Assembly (NCBI RefSeq): GCF_019749955.1 | Contig: NZ_JAIEPC010000017.1 | Location: forward strand, 383-64,382 | DNA length: 64,000 nucleotides | Origin: Sphingomonas sp. | GTDB lineage: Bacteria; Pseudomonadota; Alphaproteobacteria; Sphingomonadales; Sphingomonadaceae | Direction of reading: 5' to 3' | Part shown: positions 8,445 to 17,735 of the stretch, one piece after another | Layout of the letters: every line of letters starts with the position of its first letter | Position numbering within the stretch: position 1 is the first letter of the stretch | Translations under genes and position numbers: made by a program | Notes under the pieces: model-generated | Databases searched by the model: none | Seen by the model: only the letters and a program-made list of their open reading frames with translations | Told to the model about the DNA's origin: nothing

Positions 8445-10475
8445 ATGACCAGCCCCATCACCACCGAACGCCACGGCGACATACTCGTCGTCATTTCGAA
8501 CAGCCCGCCGGTCAACGCGCTCGGCGCTGCCGTGCGGCAGGGCCTCGATGCGGGCGTGAAGGAAGGGCTCGCCGACGCCAGCATCAAGGCGATCGTCATC
8601 CGCTGCGACGGCAAGACCTTCTTTGCGGGGGCCGACATCACCGAATTCGGCAAGCCAATGCAGGAACCCGGCCTGCCCACGCTGCTCGACATGGTCGAAG
8701 CCGCTGACAAGCCCGTCATCGCGGCCTTCCACGGCACCGCCCTCGGCGGCGGCTGCGAAGTCACGCTCGCCTGCCACTATCGCATCGCCGACCCCAAGGC
8801 CGTGATCGGCACCCCCGAAGTCAAGCTCGGCCTGCTCCCCGGCGCGGGCGGCACCCAGCGCATCCCGCGCGTGGCAGGCGTGAAGCTCGCGCTGCAGATG
8901 ACCGCAGTCGGCGATCCGATCCCCGCCAAGCTCGCGCTTCAGGCGGGTCTGATTGACCGGATCGCGGGTGACGGCACGCTCGCCGAAGACGCTATCGCCT
9001 TCGCTCGCGAAGTGGCCGACGCCCGCCCCCTACCGCGCGCCAGCGAAAAGACGGCGACGCCCGACCCTGACGCCGTCGCTGCGTTCAAGGCGGCCAATGC
9101 CAAGCGCTTCCGCGGCTTCGACGCCCCCGCCGCCAACATCGCCTGCGTCGAGAAAGCCACTGACGGCGCGACCTTCGAAGAAGGCATCGCATTCGAGCGC
9201 AAGGAATTCATGAAGCTGATGATGGGCGTCCAGTCCGCCGCCCAGCGCCACTTGTTCTTTGCCGAGCGTCAGGCCGCCAAGATCGACGGCATCGACCCTG
9301 CGATTGCGCTTCGCGGCATCAAGAAGGTCGGCGTCATCGGTGCCGGCACGATGGGCGGCGGCATTTCGATGAATTTCCTGTCGGCGGGCATTCCGGTGAC
9401 GATCGTCGAGATGCAGCAGGAAGCACTCGATCGCGGCACCGGCGTGATCCGCAAGAATTACGAAGCCTCCGCCGCCAAGGGTCGCCTCAAGCCCGAACAG
9501 GTCGAAGCCGCAATGGGCGCGCTGTCGCCGACGCTCAGCCTTGACGATCTCGCCGACTGCGATCTCGTGATCGAGGCAGTCTATGAGAATATGGACGTCA
9601 AAAAGGAGCTGTTCGGCAAGCTCGACGCGATCGTGAAGCCCGGTGCGATCCTCGCGTCGAACACCAGCTATCTCAACATCGACGAGATCGCCGCCTCGAC
9701 CAGCCGCCCGCAGGACGTGCTCGGCATGCACTTCTTCTCGCCCGCCAACGTCATGAAGCTCTTGGAAGTCGTGCGCGGCGCCAAGACCGCCGATGATGTG
9801 CTGGCAACCGTGATGGCGCTCGCCAAGACGATCAAGAAGGTCGCGGTCGTTTCGGGCGTGTGCCCCGGCTTCATCGGCAACCGCATGCTCACCCCGCGCC
9901 AGGTCGAGGCGAACAAGCTGCTGATGGAAGGCGCGACGCCCGAACAGATCGACCGCGTCCATGTCGAATTCGGCATGCCGATGGGGCCGTTCCAGATGAG
10001 CGACCTCGCCGGCGTCGACATTGGCTGGCACCGCGACCCGGCGCGGATCGACAGCATTCGCGATGCGCTGTGCGCTGAAGGCCGCTGGGGACAGAAAAAG
10101 TCGGCGGGCTTTTACGACTATGACGAAAAGCGGAACCCCTCGCCCAGCCCCCGCGTCGCCGAAATCATCGAGGATTTCCGGTCGCGCTCGAACCTGCCCA
10201 AGCGCGAGATTACGGACGAGGAAATCATCGAACGCACGCTTTACACGATGGTCAACGAAGGCGCGCTGATCCTTGAGGAGAAGATGGCGCAGCGCGCGAG
10301 CGACATCGATGTCGTGTGGATCTATGGTTATGGCTGGCCAGTCTATCGCGGCGGGCCGATGTTCTGGGGAGATACCGAAGGCGCGAAGAAGATCGTCGCG
10401 GGCCTGGAAAAGCACGGCTTCACGGTCGCCGAGCTGCTGAAAAGCAACGCCGAAAGCGGCAGCCGCTTCAAGTGA
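8445..10475 (+). CDS. bifunctional enoyl-CoA hydratase / 3-hydroxyacyl-CoA dehydrogenase (FadB/FadJ-like)
   Basis: The N-terminal crotonase motif is [15 protein letters not shown] and the central NAD Rossmann motif is [14 protein letters not shown]. The ATG at 8445 follows GGAGAG; the track start at 8433 is TTG. Confidence 0.9.
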   Translation: MTSPITTERHGDILVVISNSPPVNALGAAVRQGLDAGVKEGLADASIKAIVIRCDGKTFFAGADITEFGKPMQEPGLPTLLDMVEAADKPVIAAFHGTALGGGCEVTLACHYRIADPKAVIGTPEVKLGLLPGAGGTQRIPRVAGVKLALQMTAVGDPIPAKLALQAGLIDRIAGDGTLAEDAIAFAREVADARPLPRASEKTATPDPDAVAAFKAANAKRFRGFDAPAANIACVEKATDGATFEEGIAFERKEFMKLMMGVQSAAQRHLFFAERQAAKIDGIDPAIALRGIKKVGVIGAGTMGGGISMNFLSAGIPVTIVEMQQEALDRGTGVIRKNYEASAAKGRLKPEQVEAAMGALSPTLSLDDLADCDLVIEAVYENMDVKKELFGKLDAIVKPGAILASNTSYLNIDEIAASTSRPQDVLGMHFFSPANVMKLLEVVRGAKTADDVLATVMALAKTIKKVAVVSGVCPGFIGNRMLTPRQVEANKLLMEGATPEQIDRVHVEFGMPMGPFQMSDLAGVDIGWHRDPARIDSIRDALCAEGRWGQKKSAGFYDYDEKRNPSPSPRVAEIIEDFRSRSNLPKREITDEEIIERTLYTMVNEGALILEEKMAQRASDIDVVWIYGYGWPVYRGGPMFWGDTEGAKKIVAGLEKHGFTVAELLKSNAESGSRFK

Positions 10476-11788
10476 CGACCGCGCTCGCCACCGCTGCCGC
10501 GATCCGCGCGGGTGAAACCACCGCGCTTGCCGAATGCGAGGCTGCCATCGCCCGGATCGAGGCGGGCGATGGCGCGATCAACGCGGTCGTCGTGCGCGAT
10601 TTCGACCGCGCGCGCGATCAGGCGCGCGCGGTCGATGCGCGGGTGGCGGCGGGTGACACGTCGGGCGTGCTGCTCGGCGTGCCGATGACGGTGAAGGAAA
10701 GCTTTGACGTCGCCGGGCTCGTCAGCTGCTGGGGCTTCGCCGAGCACGCCGATTTCGTGGCGCGCGAGGATGCTATCGCCGTCCAGCGGCTGAAGCGCGC
10801 GGGGGCCGTGATCCTCGGCAAGACCAACGTGCCCGTCGCGCTGGCTGACTTGCAGAGCAACAACCCGGTCTATGGCCGCACCCGCAACCCGCATAATCTC
10901 GATCGCGTGCCCGGTGGCTCGTCGGGAGGCGCGGCGGCGGCGCTCGCGGCTGGGTTTGTGGCCGTTGAAATCGGCTCGGACATCGGCGGCTCGATACGCC
11001 TGCCCGCCGCATTTTGCGGGATGTGGGGGCACAAGCCGACCTACAATGCGCTGTTAAGTTTCGGCCACAACTTCCCGCGCACCGAAGGTTGCGGCGTTGC
11101 CCTTAACGTCATCGGCCCGCTCGCGCGCGATGCCGATGATCTGGAGGCGCTGTTCGAGGTGATGGGCGGCGATGCGCTCGCCCGCCCTGCCCCGCGCGGC
11201 CCCGGCGACTGGCGCATCTTGCTGCTCGACCCGCACCCGAATGTGCCGGTGCAAGCGTCGATCCGCGACGCGATCGAGGCAACCGGCAAGGCGTTCGAAG
11301 CGGCGGGCGCCACCGTCGATCGCCAGACGCCGCTGCTGCCCGATCTCGCCGGACAGACCGCAAGTTACATCCACATGCTGCTGACCGCGATGTCGCGCGG
11401 CGGCCCGCGCGCCGATGGTGGCCCCTCGACCACGCTCGACGGTTGGTTCGGTCTGATCGACGCGCAGGCGAAATGCCGCCGCGACTGGGGCCGGTTGTTC
11501 GGCAGCTATGACGCGGTGATCGCGCCGATCTGGGGCACCACCGCCTATCCGCATGACGACACCCCGCTTGGCGAGCGCATGCTGATGATCGACGGGACAC
11601 CCTATCCGGCGGGGATGCAGATGGCCTTGCCCGGCCTTGCCACATTCCCGATGCTGCCCGCGACCAGCGTGCGCGTCGGCACCGATCCCGATGGCCTGCC
11701 GATCGGCGTGCAGGTGATTGCCGATTACAACCGCGACTGGACGGCGATTGCCGTCGCCCGCGCGGCGCATGATTTGATGAGGAGCTGA
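10472..11788 (+). CDS. amidase (amidase-signature family)
   Basis: The GGSSGG signature ([17 protein letters not shown]) and the KESFDVAG motif are present. The GTG start at 10472 overlaps the upstream stop (GTGA). The track ORF start at 10316 lies inside the preceding gene. Confidence 0.85.
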   Translation: MTTALATAAAIRAGETTALAECEAAIARIEAGDGAINAVVVRDFDRARDQARAVDARVAAGDTSGVLLGVPMTVKESFDVAGLVSCWGFAEHADFVAREDAIAVQRLKRAGAVILGKTNVPVALADLQSNNPVYGRTRNPHNLDRVPGGSSGGAAAALAAGFVAVEIGSDIGGSIRLPAAFCGMWGHKPTYNALLSFGHNFPRTEGCGVALNVIGPLARDADDLEALFEVMGGDALARPAPRGPGDWRILLLDPHPNVPVQASIRDAIEATGKAFEAAGATVDRQTPLLPDLAGQTASYIHMLLTAMSRGGPRADGGPSTTLDGWFGLIDAQAKCRRDWGRLFGSYDAVIAPIWGTTAYPHDDTPLGERMLMIDGTPYPAGMQMALPGLATFPMLPATSVRVGTDPDGLPIGVQVIADYNRDWTAIAVARAAHDLMRS

Positions 11789-11793
11789 ATGCG

Positions 11794-12975
11794 ATGAGCG
11801 ATCTCGAAACCTTCCGCGCAGAAACCCGCGCGTGGCTCGAAGCGAACTGCCCGCCCGAAATGCGCGAGCCGGTGCGATCCGAAAAGGACGCCAATTGGGG
11901 CGGCCGCAATCCCGATTTCCAGCCGGGGCAGAAAGAATGGATGGACGCGATGGCCAGCCGCGGCTGGACCGTGCCCGACTGGCCGGTCGCCTATGGCGGC
12001 GGTGGCCTCAGCCCTGCTGAAACCAAGATCCTGCGCGAAGAAATGGCGGCAATGAAATGCCGCAACCCGCTCAACAGCTTCGGCATTTCGATGCTCGGAC
12101 CAGCGCTGCTGAAATATGGGACCGAGGAGCAGAAGCTCGACTATCTGCCCAAGATCGCACGCGGCGAAATCCGCTGGTGCCAGGGCTATTCGGAGCCGAA
12201 CGCCGGGTCCGACCTCGCCAGCCTTGCGACCAGCGCCGAGGATGGGGGCGACCATTACATCCTCAATGGCCAGAAGGTGTGGACCAGCTATGCCGACAAG
12301 GCCGACTGGATCTTCTGCCTCGTCCGCACCAACAAGACCGACAAGCATAACGGCATCAGCTTCGTGCTGTTCGACATGGCCAGCCCCGGCGTGTCGACCA
12401 AGCCGATCCTGCTGATCAGCGGCTATTCGCCCTTCTGCGAAACCTTCTTCGACAATGTGAAGGTGCCCAAGGCGAACCGAGTCCATGACGAGAACAAGGG
12501 TTGGGACGTCGCCAAATATCTGCTGGGCCATGAGCGCGAGATGATTTCGGGCATGGGCCTCGGCTCGGTCAGCGGCAATCCGCTGGTCGAAGGCGCGATC
12601 GCGACGGTCGGTCTCGACCACGAAGGCCGCCTCGCCGATCCGCTGCTGCGCGCGTCGATCGCGCTGTTCGAAGTGCGCGCCAAGGCATTCGGCATGATGT
12701 CCGAACGCTTTATCGACGAGCTGAAGGCAGGCCGCGCCCACCCTGCCCAGCCTTCGATGATGAAATATTACGGCACCGAGCTCAACAAATCGCGCCACGA
12801 GCTGATGATGGCATCGGGCGGCTCCGACGCGCTCGAATGGGAAAGCGCCCGCTCGAACGGCGGCGCGGGCCCGCGCGCGTGGCTGCGCACCAAGGCCAAT
12901 TCGATCGAAGGCGGGACGAGCGAAGTCCAGCTCAACATCGTCGCGAAACGGATTTTGGAATTGCCGTCGGTGTAA
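11794..12975 (+). CDS. acyl-CoA dehydrogenase, alpha-type member of a two-gene pair
   Basis: ACAD fold with WCQGYSEPNAGSD and a C-terminal IEGGTSEVQLNIVAKRIL. It is a paralogue of the gene at 30384-31601. Confidence 0.88.
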   Translation: MSDLETFRAETRAWLEANCPPEMREPVRSEKDANWGGRNPDFQPGQKEWMDAMASRGWTVPDWPVAYGGGGLSPAETKILREEMAAMKCRNPLNSFGISMLGPALLKYGTEEQKLDYLPKIARGEIRWCQGYSEPNAGSDLASLATSAEDGGDHYILNGQKVWTSYADKADWIFCLVRTNKTDKHNGISFVLFDMASPGVSTKPILLISGYSPFCETFFDNVKVPKANRVHDENKGWDVAKYLLGHEREMISGMGLGSVSGNPLVEGAIATVGLDHEGRLADPLLRASIALFEVRAKAFGMMSERFIDELKAGRAHPAQPSMMKYYGTELNKSRHELMMASGGSDALEWESARSNGGAGPRAWLRTKANSIEGGTSEVQLNIVAKRILELPSV

Positions 12976-12988
12976 ACAGCAACAACCC

Positions 12989-13115
12989 CGTCACCCCGGC
13001 CTTGCGGGTTCCCGTCAAAATAATACTTTGATGGGGTCCCGACGCCGGGGTCCACTCCTCCACCAGCGACTCGACCAAGAGGCGCGGTGGGCCCCGGCAC
13101 AAGGCCGGGGTGACG
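12989..13115. repeat. MITE-like element, family B, copy 1 (127 bp, perfect 16-bp terminal inverted repeats)
   Basis: CGTCACCCCGGCCTTG at 12989-13004 pairs with CAAGGCCGGGGTGACG at 13100-13115. The internal sequence matches the copy at 21721-21810 in inverted orientation. Confidence 0.8.
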
Positions 13116-13129
13116 AACAGGATTGAACA

Positions 13130-14257
13130 ATGCCTCTCTACCTCACCGAAGAACAGACGATGCTGCACGACACGGCGAAGAGCTTCATCGCCGATTCCGC
13201 GCCCATCAGCCACATGCGGGGCTTGCGCGACAGCAAGAATGCCGATGGCTTCAGCCGCGATTTGTGGAAGCAATTCGCCGAAATGGGGTTCACCGGCATA
13301 TTGATCGGTGAAAACGAGGGTGGTCTTGGCCTCGGTCATGTCGAAGCAGGCGTGGTGCTCGAGGAGATCGGCCGCAACCTGTCGCCCTCGCCCTTCCTCG
13401 CCACGGCGGTCGCGGCAGTCGAGGCGCTGAAGGGCAGCGCGCACGCCGCCCGGCTCTTCCCCGGCATTCTGAGCGGCGACACCGTGGCGGCACTCGCGAT
13501 CGACGAGCGCGCCAAGCATGGCACCGGCATCGCGATGAAGGCCGAACGCTCGGGCAATGGCTTCAAGCTGACGGGCACCAAGCAATTCGTCACCCACGGC
13601 CATGTCGCCGATGTGCTGATCGTCGCGGCGCGTACGGCGGGCTCGGCGCATGACAAGGACGGCATCACGCTGTTCGCGATCGACAAGGGCGCGGCGGGCC
13701 TGAGCGCGGAAGCCGAGCGGCTGGCCGATTCGTCGCTCGCTGCGCGCCTCACCTTCGACGGCGTCGAGGTCGACGCCGATGCAGTGATTGGCGAGGTCGA
13801 TGGCGGCAGCGATCCACTCGGTCGCTTGCTGCGCGCTGGCCGCGCTGGGGCCGCGGCTGAATTGCTCGGTGTTGGCGGCGGCGCGATGGACATGACCGTC
13901 AATTATCTGAAGGAACGCAAGCAGTTCGGCGTGCGGATCGGCAGCTTCCAGGCGCTCCAGCACCGCGCCGCGCATCTCTACAGCGAGATGGAAGTCGCGC
14001 GCGCGGCCGTGCTCAAGGCGCAGCAATTGCTCGATGCGGGCGATGCAGGGGCGGAAGAAGCCGTGTCGGTCGCCAAGGCAATGACCAGCCTTGCCACCAC
14101 GCTGTCGGTGCAGGAAGGCGTGCAGATGCACGGCGGGATCGGCATGACCGACGAATATGACATCGGCTTCTACATGAAGCGCGGCCGCGTGCTCGCCGAG
14201 ATGTTCGGCGACGCCAATTTCCATGCCGACCAGCTCGCGCGGGCGGCGGGGTACTAA
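13130..14257 (+). CDS. acyl-CoA dehydrogenase family protein, beta-type partner
   Basis: ACAD fold with GIGMTDEYDIGFY. It lacks the C-terminal GGTxE(I/V)Q motif and has FGDANFH instead. It is a paralogue of the gene at 29241-30305. Confidence 0.85.
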   Translation: MPLYLTEEQTMLHDTAKSFIADSAPISHMRGLRDSKNADGFSRDLWKQFAEMGFTGILIGENEGGLGLGHVEAGVVLEEIGRNLSPSPFLATAVAAVEALKGSAHAARLFPGILSGDTVAALAIDERAKHGTGIAMKAERSGNGFKLTGTKQFVTHGHVADVLIVAARTAGSAHDKDGITLFAIDKGAAGLSAEAERLADSSLAARLTFDGVEVDADAVIGEVDGGSDPLGRLLRAGRAGAAAELLGVGGGAMDMTVNYLKERKQFGVRIGSFQALQHRAAHLYSEMEVARAAVLKAQQLLDAGDAGAEEAVSVAKAMTSLATTLSVQEGVQMHGGIGMTDEYDIGFYMKRGRVLAEMFGDANFHADQLARAAGY

Positions 14258-14261
14258 TTAA

Positions 14262-14392
14262 TCCTCCCCCAGCTATGCTGGGGGAGGGGGACCGCGCCCG
14301 CAGGGCGTGGTGGAGGGGGCCGCAGAACGGCTATACCCCCTCCACCATTTGCTGCGCAAATGGTCCCCCTCCCCGAGCAAGCTCGGGGAGGA
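14262..14392. repeat. composite triple-hairpin intergenic repeat, family C
   Basis: Three hairpins are visible: CCTCCCCCAGC-TAT-GCTGGGGGAGG, GTGGTGGAGGGGG...CCCCCTCCACCA and CCTCCCCGAGC-AA-GCTCGGGGAGG. The outer arms are mutually complementary. Confidence 0.7.
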
Positions 14393-14401
14393 ATGAGGAA
14401 A

Positions 14402-15283
14402 ATGATGACCGACCACCCCACCCCTGCCCAGCTCGCGCAGAACCTCGTCGACCTGCTCGACGTCGAGGAACTCGACACCGATCTCTATCGTGGCAAGCGC
14501 GGTCACGACGGCTATGGTCGCGTGTTCGGCGGGCAAGTGCTCGCGCAGGCGCTGCAAGCCGCGCAGCGCTCGACCGACGACGACAAACAAGCGCATTCGC
14601 TCCACGCCTATTTCATGCGGGCCGGCGCCGAGGAGCATCCGATCATCTACCGCGTGGTGCGCGATTTCGACGGCAAGAGCTTCGCCACCCGCCGCGTGAT
14701 CGCGACGCAAAGGGGCGTGCCGATCCTCACGCTTACCTGCTCGCTGCAGCGGCCCGAAAAAGGCCTGTCGCACCAGGACGCGATGCCCGATGTGCCCGCG
14801 CCCGAAGACCTGAAGAGCGACCTCGAAATCCGCCTCGAAACCGCCGACCAGATGCCCGAGCGCTTTCGCGCCAATTTCACACGCCCGCGGATGATCGAAA
14901 GCCGCCCGATCAACCCGCGCAGCTGGCTCAAGCCCGAAAAGCAGGAGCCGCGCCAGGCGAACTGGTTCCGCGTCGTCGCCCCCGTCGCTGAAGATCCGGC
15001 ATTGCACCGCGCGATCCTCACCTATGCGTCGGATATGTCGCTGCTCGGCACCGCGACACTCGCGCACGGTGTCAACTGGATGACGCACAAGCTCCAGACC
15101 GCGAGCCTCGATCACGCGGTGTGGCTGCATGAGCCGTTTCGCGCCGACGACTGGCTGCTGTACGTATGCGACAGCCCCTGGTCGGGCCATGCGCGCGGCT
15201 TCAACCGCGGCAAGATTTACGCGCGCGACGGACGGCTGGTCGCCTCCTGCACCCAGGAAGGGCTGATTCGCCTGCGGGAGTGA
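14402..15283 (+). CDS. tesB: acyl-CoA thioesterase II
   Basis: TesB-like double hot-dog protein (LVDLLDVEELDTDLYRG, GGQVLAQAL, SLDHAVWLH). I chose the ATG at 14402, 9 nt after GGAGGA. ATGs at 14393 and 14405 are also possible. Confidence 0.8.
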   Translation: MMTDHPTPAQLAQNLVDLLDVEELDTDLYRGKRGHDGYGRVFGGQVLAQALQAAQRSTDDDKQAHSLHAYFMRAGAEEHPIIYRVVRDFDGKSFATRRVIATQRGVPILTLTCSLQRPEKGLSHQDAMPDVPAPEDLKSDLEIRLETADQMPERFRANFTRPRMIESRPINPRSWLKPEKQEPRQANWFRVVAPVAEDPALHRAILTYASDMSLLGTATLAHGVNWMTHKLQTASLDHAVWLHEPFRADDWLLYVCDSPWSGHARGFNRGKIYARDGRLVASCTQEGLIRLRE

Positions 15284-15287
15284 CGCC

Positions 15288-16085
15288 ATGACGCTGACGA
15301 CCGACATTGCCGATTTCACCCGCCGCGATCTAACCTTCGGCGGCAAGACCAAGCCGGTGCTGACGATCGGTGAGAGCGGCCCCGCGATCATCGTCATACA
15401 CGAAGTCTTCGGCTTCACCCCCACGCTCGCGCGCTTCTGCCGCTGGCTCGTCGACGCCGGATTCCGCGTCTATGCGCCGATCCTGCTCGGCACGCCCGAT
15501 GCGACCAATGCGGAGAAGATTACCCAGCGCCGCCTGCTCGGGCTGTGCGTCAGCCGCGAATTCAACTTGTTCCGCACCGGCAAGTCGAGCCCGATCGTCG
15601 ACTGGCTCAAGCCGCTCGCGCATCAGGCGCATGCCGAATGCGGCGGGCCCGGCGTCGGCGTGATCGGCATGTGCCTGACCGGCGGCTTTTCGCTGTCGAT
15701 GGCCGTAGACCCGGTGGTGCTCGCACCGGTGCTGTCGCAACCGGGGATGCCGGTAATGAGCGCGGCAGGGCTCGACATCTCTCCCGCTGACCTCGCCAAG
15801 GTGAAGGCGCGCACCCGCGATGGTCTCGAAATCCAGGGCTATCGCTTTGACGGCGATCCGCTGTCGAAGGGCGAAAAATTCACCACGCTCCGCCGCGAAT
15901 TCGGCGACGCCTTCACCGGCATCGAAATTCCGCCAAGCGCCGGCAACCCCAACAGCCCCCTCGCCCGTGCCGGCCGTCCGCCGCACAGCGTGTTCACCGG
16001 CGACCTGATCGACGCCGAGGGCGAGATTACCAAGTCGGCGGTGATGGAAGTGATCGGCTTTTTCTCGCGGGCGTTGAACCCGTAG
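15288..16085 (+). CDS. dienelactone hydrolase family protein
   Basis: Alpha/beta hydrolase with the Cys nucleophile motif GVIGMCLTGG. 265 aa, 4 nt after tesB. Confidence 0.75.
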   Translation: MTLTTDIADFTRRDLTFGGKTKPVLTIGESGPAIIVIHEVFGFTPTLARFCRWLVDAGFRVYAPILLGTPDATNAEKITQRRLLGLCVSREFNLFRTGKSSPIVDWLKPLAHQAHAECGGPGVGVIGMCLTGGFSLSMAVDPVVLAPVLSQPGMPVMSAAGLDISPADLAKVKARTRDGLEIQGYRFDGDPLSKGEKFTTLRREFGDAFTGIEIPPSAGNPNSPLARAGRPPHSVFTGDLIDAEGEITKSAVMEVIGFFSRALNP

Positions 16086-16163
16086 CGCGGCAGGGCCAAG
16101 GCTTTTCAAGCGACCGATGTTTCCATAAGCATAGGACAAACAGGTCGAATCATCGGGGGATGC

Positions 16164-17726
16164 ATGAAATTTTCCTATGCTGGTGCCGCCACGCTCGCCG
16201 TGGCGACAGTCTTTGCCACGCCCGCGCACGCCCAGTCGACACCCCCGACGGTGCAGACGCCCCCCGCCAAGCCGGTCTCCCCCTTCGTTTTGTGTGACGG
16301 CCGCACCGGCTATGTCAGCGGCGGTCTGCGGATTTTCCGCGCGCTGGCCGTCACGGCGACGCTCGGCGTCTCCGAACTCGGCACCACCAAGGACGACGAC
16401 GCCAAGCGCGCCAAGGGCAGGGACGGTGCGGCGGCGTGCACCACCGCGCTGACTCTGGAAAAAAATGGCGAACGCCGGGTCGAGCTGGTGATGGCCAAGA
16501 CCATCCATTTGCTTGAGGACAATGACCTTGAGCAGGCGCTCGCCACGATCCGCACGGCTGAGGAGGCTGCCGGGGACTATAAGCAGGACGTCGGGTTTCG
16601 TCGCACCTTGTTGCCGCGCGCGATGCTGCTTGAAGCCAATGTGCAGTTACGGGCCAAGCGCTTTGCCGAAGCCGAAGCCAAGGCGGTCGAGGCGCTACAG
16701 CTTGGGTCCTATGACGTTGCCTTTGTGCAACGCGCCTATGGCTTCCTCGGGCTGACCAACGATCTCAGCCCCGCCAAGCAAGACGTGCTCGCCCAGAGTG
16801 CGCGGATGATCCCGATCAACTTCAACGCTCTGGCGCAAACCTTGTGCGCAAACGGTCGCTATCTGGAAGCGGCGCAGCTTTTTGCCGATTATGTCACACT
16901 CGCCACGGCATCGCTCAAGAAGTTCACGCCGATCTGGTTTGATTCCAACCAGTCGCTGCTGGTCGCGCTGGCCGGTGATGTCGAAAAATCGAACGCCCTG
17001 CGCGCCAAAGTGGAAACCGAAATTGCCAGACTGCGCTCCAGCGGTGAATCCGGGGACATGAGTGACCTGCTCGCGCAGACATCGGAAACGCTCACGCTTC
17101 AGTCGGTGATCATCGACCTCAAGCAGGGCAAGGCCAGCGACGCGCGCGCGACATTTCGCGCGCATGGCCCCTGGCTGCTCGCCGACAAGCGCTCGGTCTA
17201 TGCGTCGATGCAACAGTTGCGCGCGGGGGCTCCGGCGTCGGAACTGACGGGCACGCTGGGTGAACCACCCGACGCGTGGCGTGGGCACTTCCTCGACGAA
17301 ATGGCAACGAGCATCGCCACCGAAGACCAGACCAAACGGCTCTATGCACTGCCAACGCTCAGCGCGAGTGCCGCCGAGTTCAGCAAGGCCAGCCGCGTTA
17401 CCTGGACCACCGGCGCAAAGCCCAAATTCCTGTGGAAACCGGACAAGAAGGATCCCGCGCTGTTCGAAATCATGTCGACGATCGATACCGTATCGGCGAC
17501 GGATCTGCCGGCGGGCGAGGCTCTGCTGCTGCAGGCCGGGCTAATTGCGCGCGAACGCGGCGTCGACGGCGTCGCCCTCATTCCGACGCGCAGAAACATC
17601 GACCTTATCGGTGTGCGCTTCGGCAAAATCGGCACGCCGGGCTTCCCCGAAAGCCTCACCTTGCGCGCCGACAAGCTGATCGCCGATCTAAGCCCGGTCA
17701 TCCCGAAGCCGGTACCGACCAACTAG
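16164..17726 (+). CDS. hypothetical secreted protein (helical/TPR-like middle region)
   Basis: The signal peptide is MKFSYAGAATLAVATVFATPAHA-Q. 520 aa. I recognise no catalytic motif. Confidence 0.6.
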   Translation: MKFSYAGAATLAVATVFATPAHAQSTPPTVQTPPAKPVSPFVLCDGRTGYVSGGLRIFRALAVTATLGVSELGTTKDDDAKRAKGRDGAAACTTALTLEKNGERRVELVMAKTIHLLEDNDLEQALATIRTAEEAAGDYKQDVGFRRTLLPRAMLLEANVQLRAKRFAEAEAKAVEALQLGSYDVAFVQRAYGFLGLTNDLSPAKQDVLAQSARMIPINFNALAQTLCANGRYLEAAQLFADYVTLATASLKKFTPIWFDSNQSLLVALAGDVEKSNALRAKVETEIARLRSSGESGDMSDLLAQTSETLTLQSVIIDLKQGKASDARATFRAHGPWLLADKRSVYASMQQLRAGAPASELTGTLGEPPDAWRGHFLDEMATSIATEDQTKRLYALPTLSASAAEFSKASRVTWTTGAKPKFLWKPDKKDPALFEIMSTIDTVSATDLPAGEALLLQAGLIARERGVDGVALIPTRRNIDLIGVRFGKIGTPGFPESLTLRADKLIADLSPVIPKPVPTN

Positions 17727-17735
17727 GCGGCGGGC

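Noticed and set aside
9030-10415. A 461-aa minus-strand ORF inside the hydratase/dehydrogenase gene. The same applies to the 430-aa ORF at 12932-14224 and the 383-aa ORF at 14273-15424.
   Set aside because: These are antisense shadows of genes with clear catalytic motifs. They have no motifs of their own and an arginine-rich composition.
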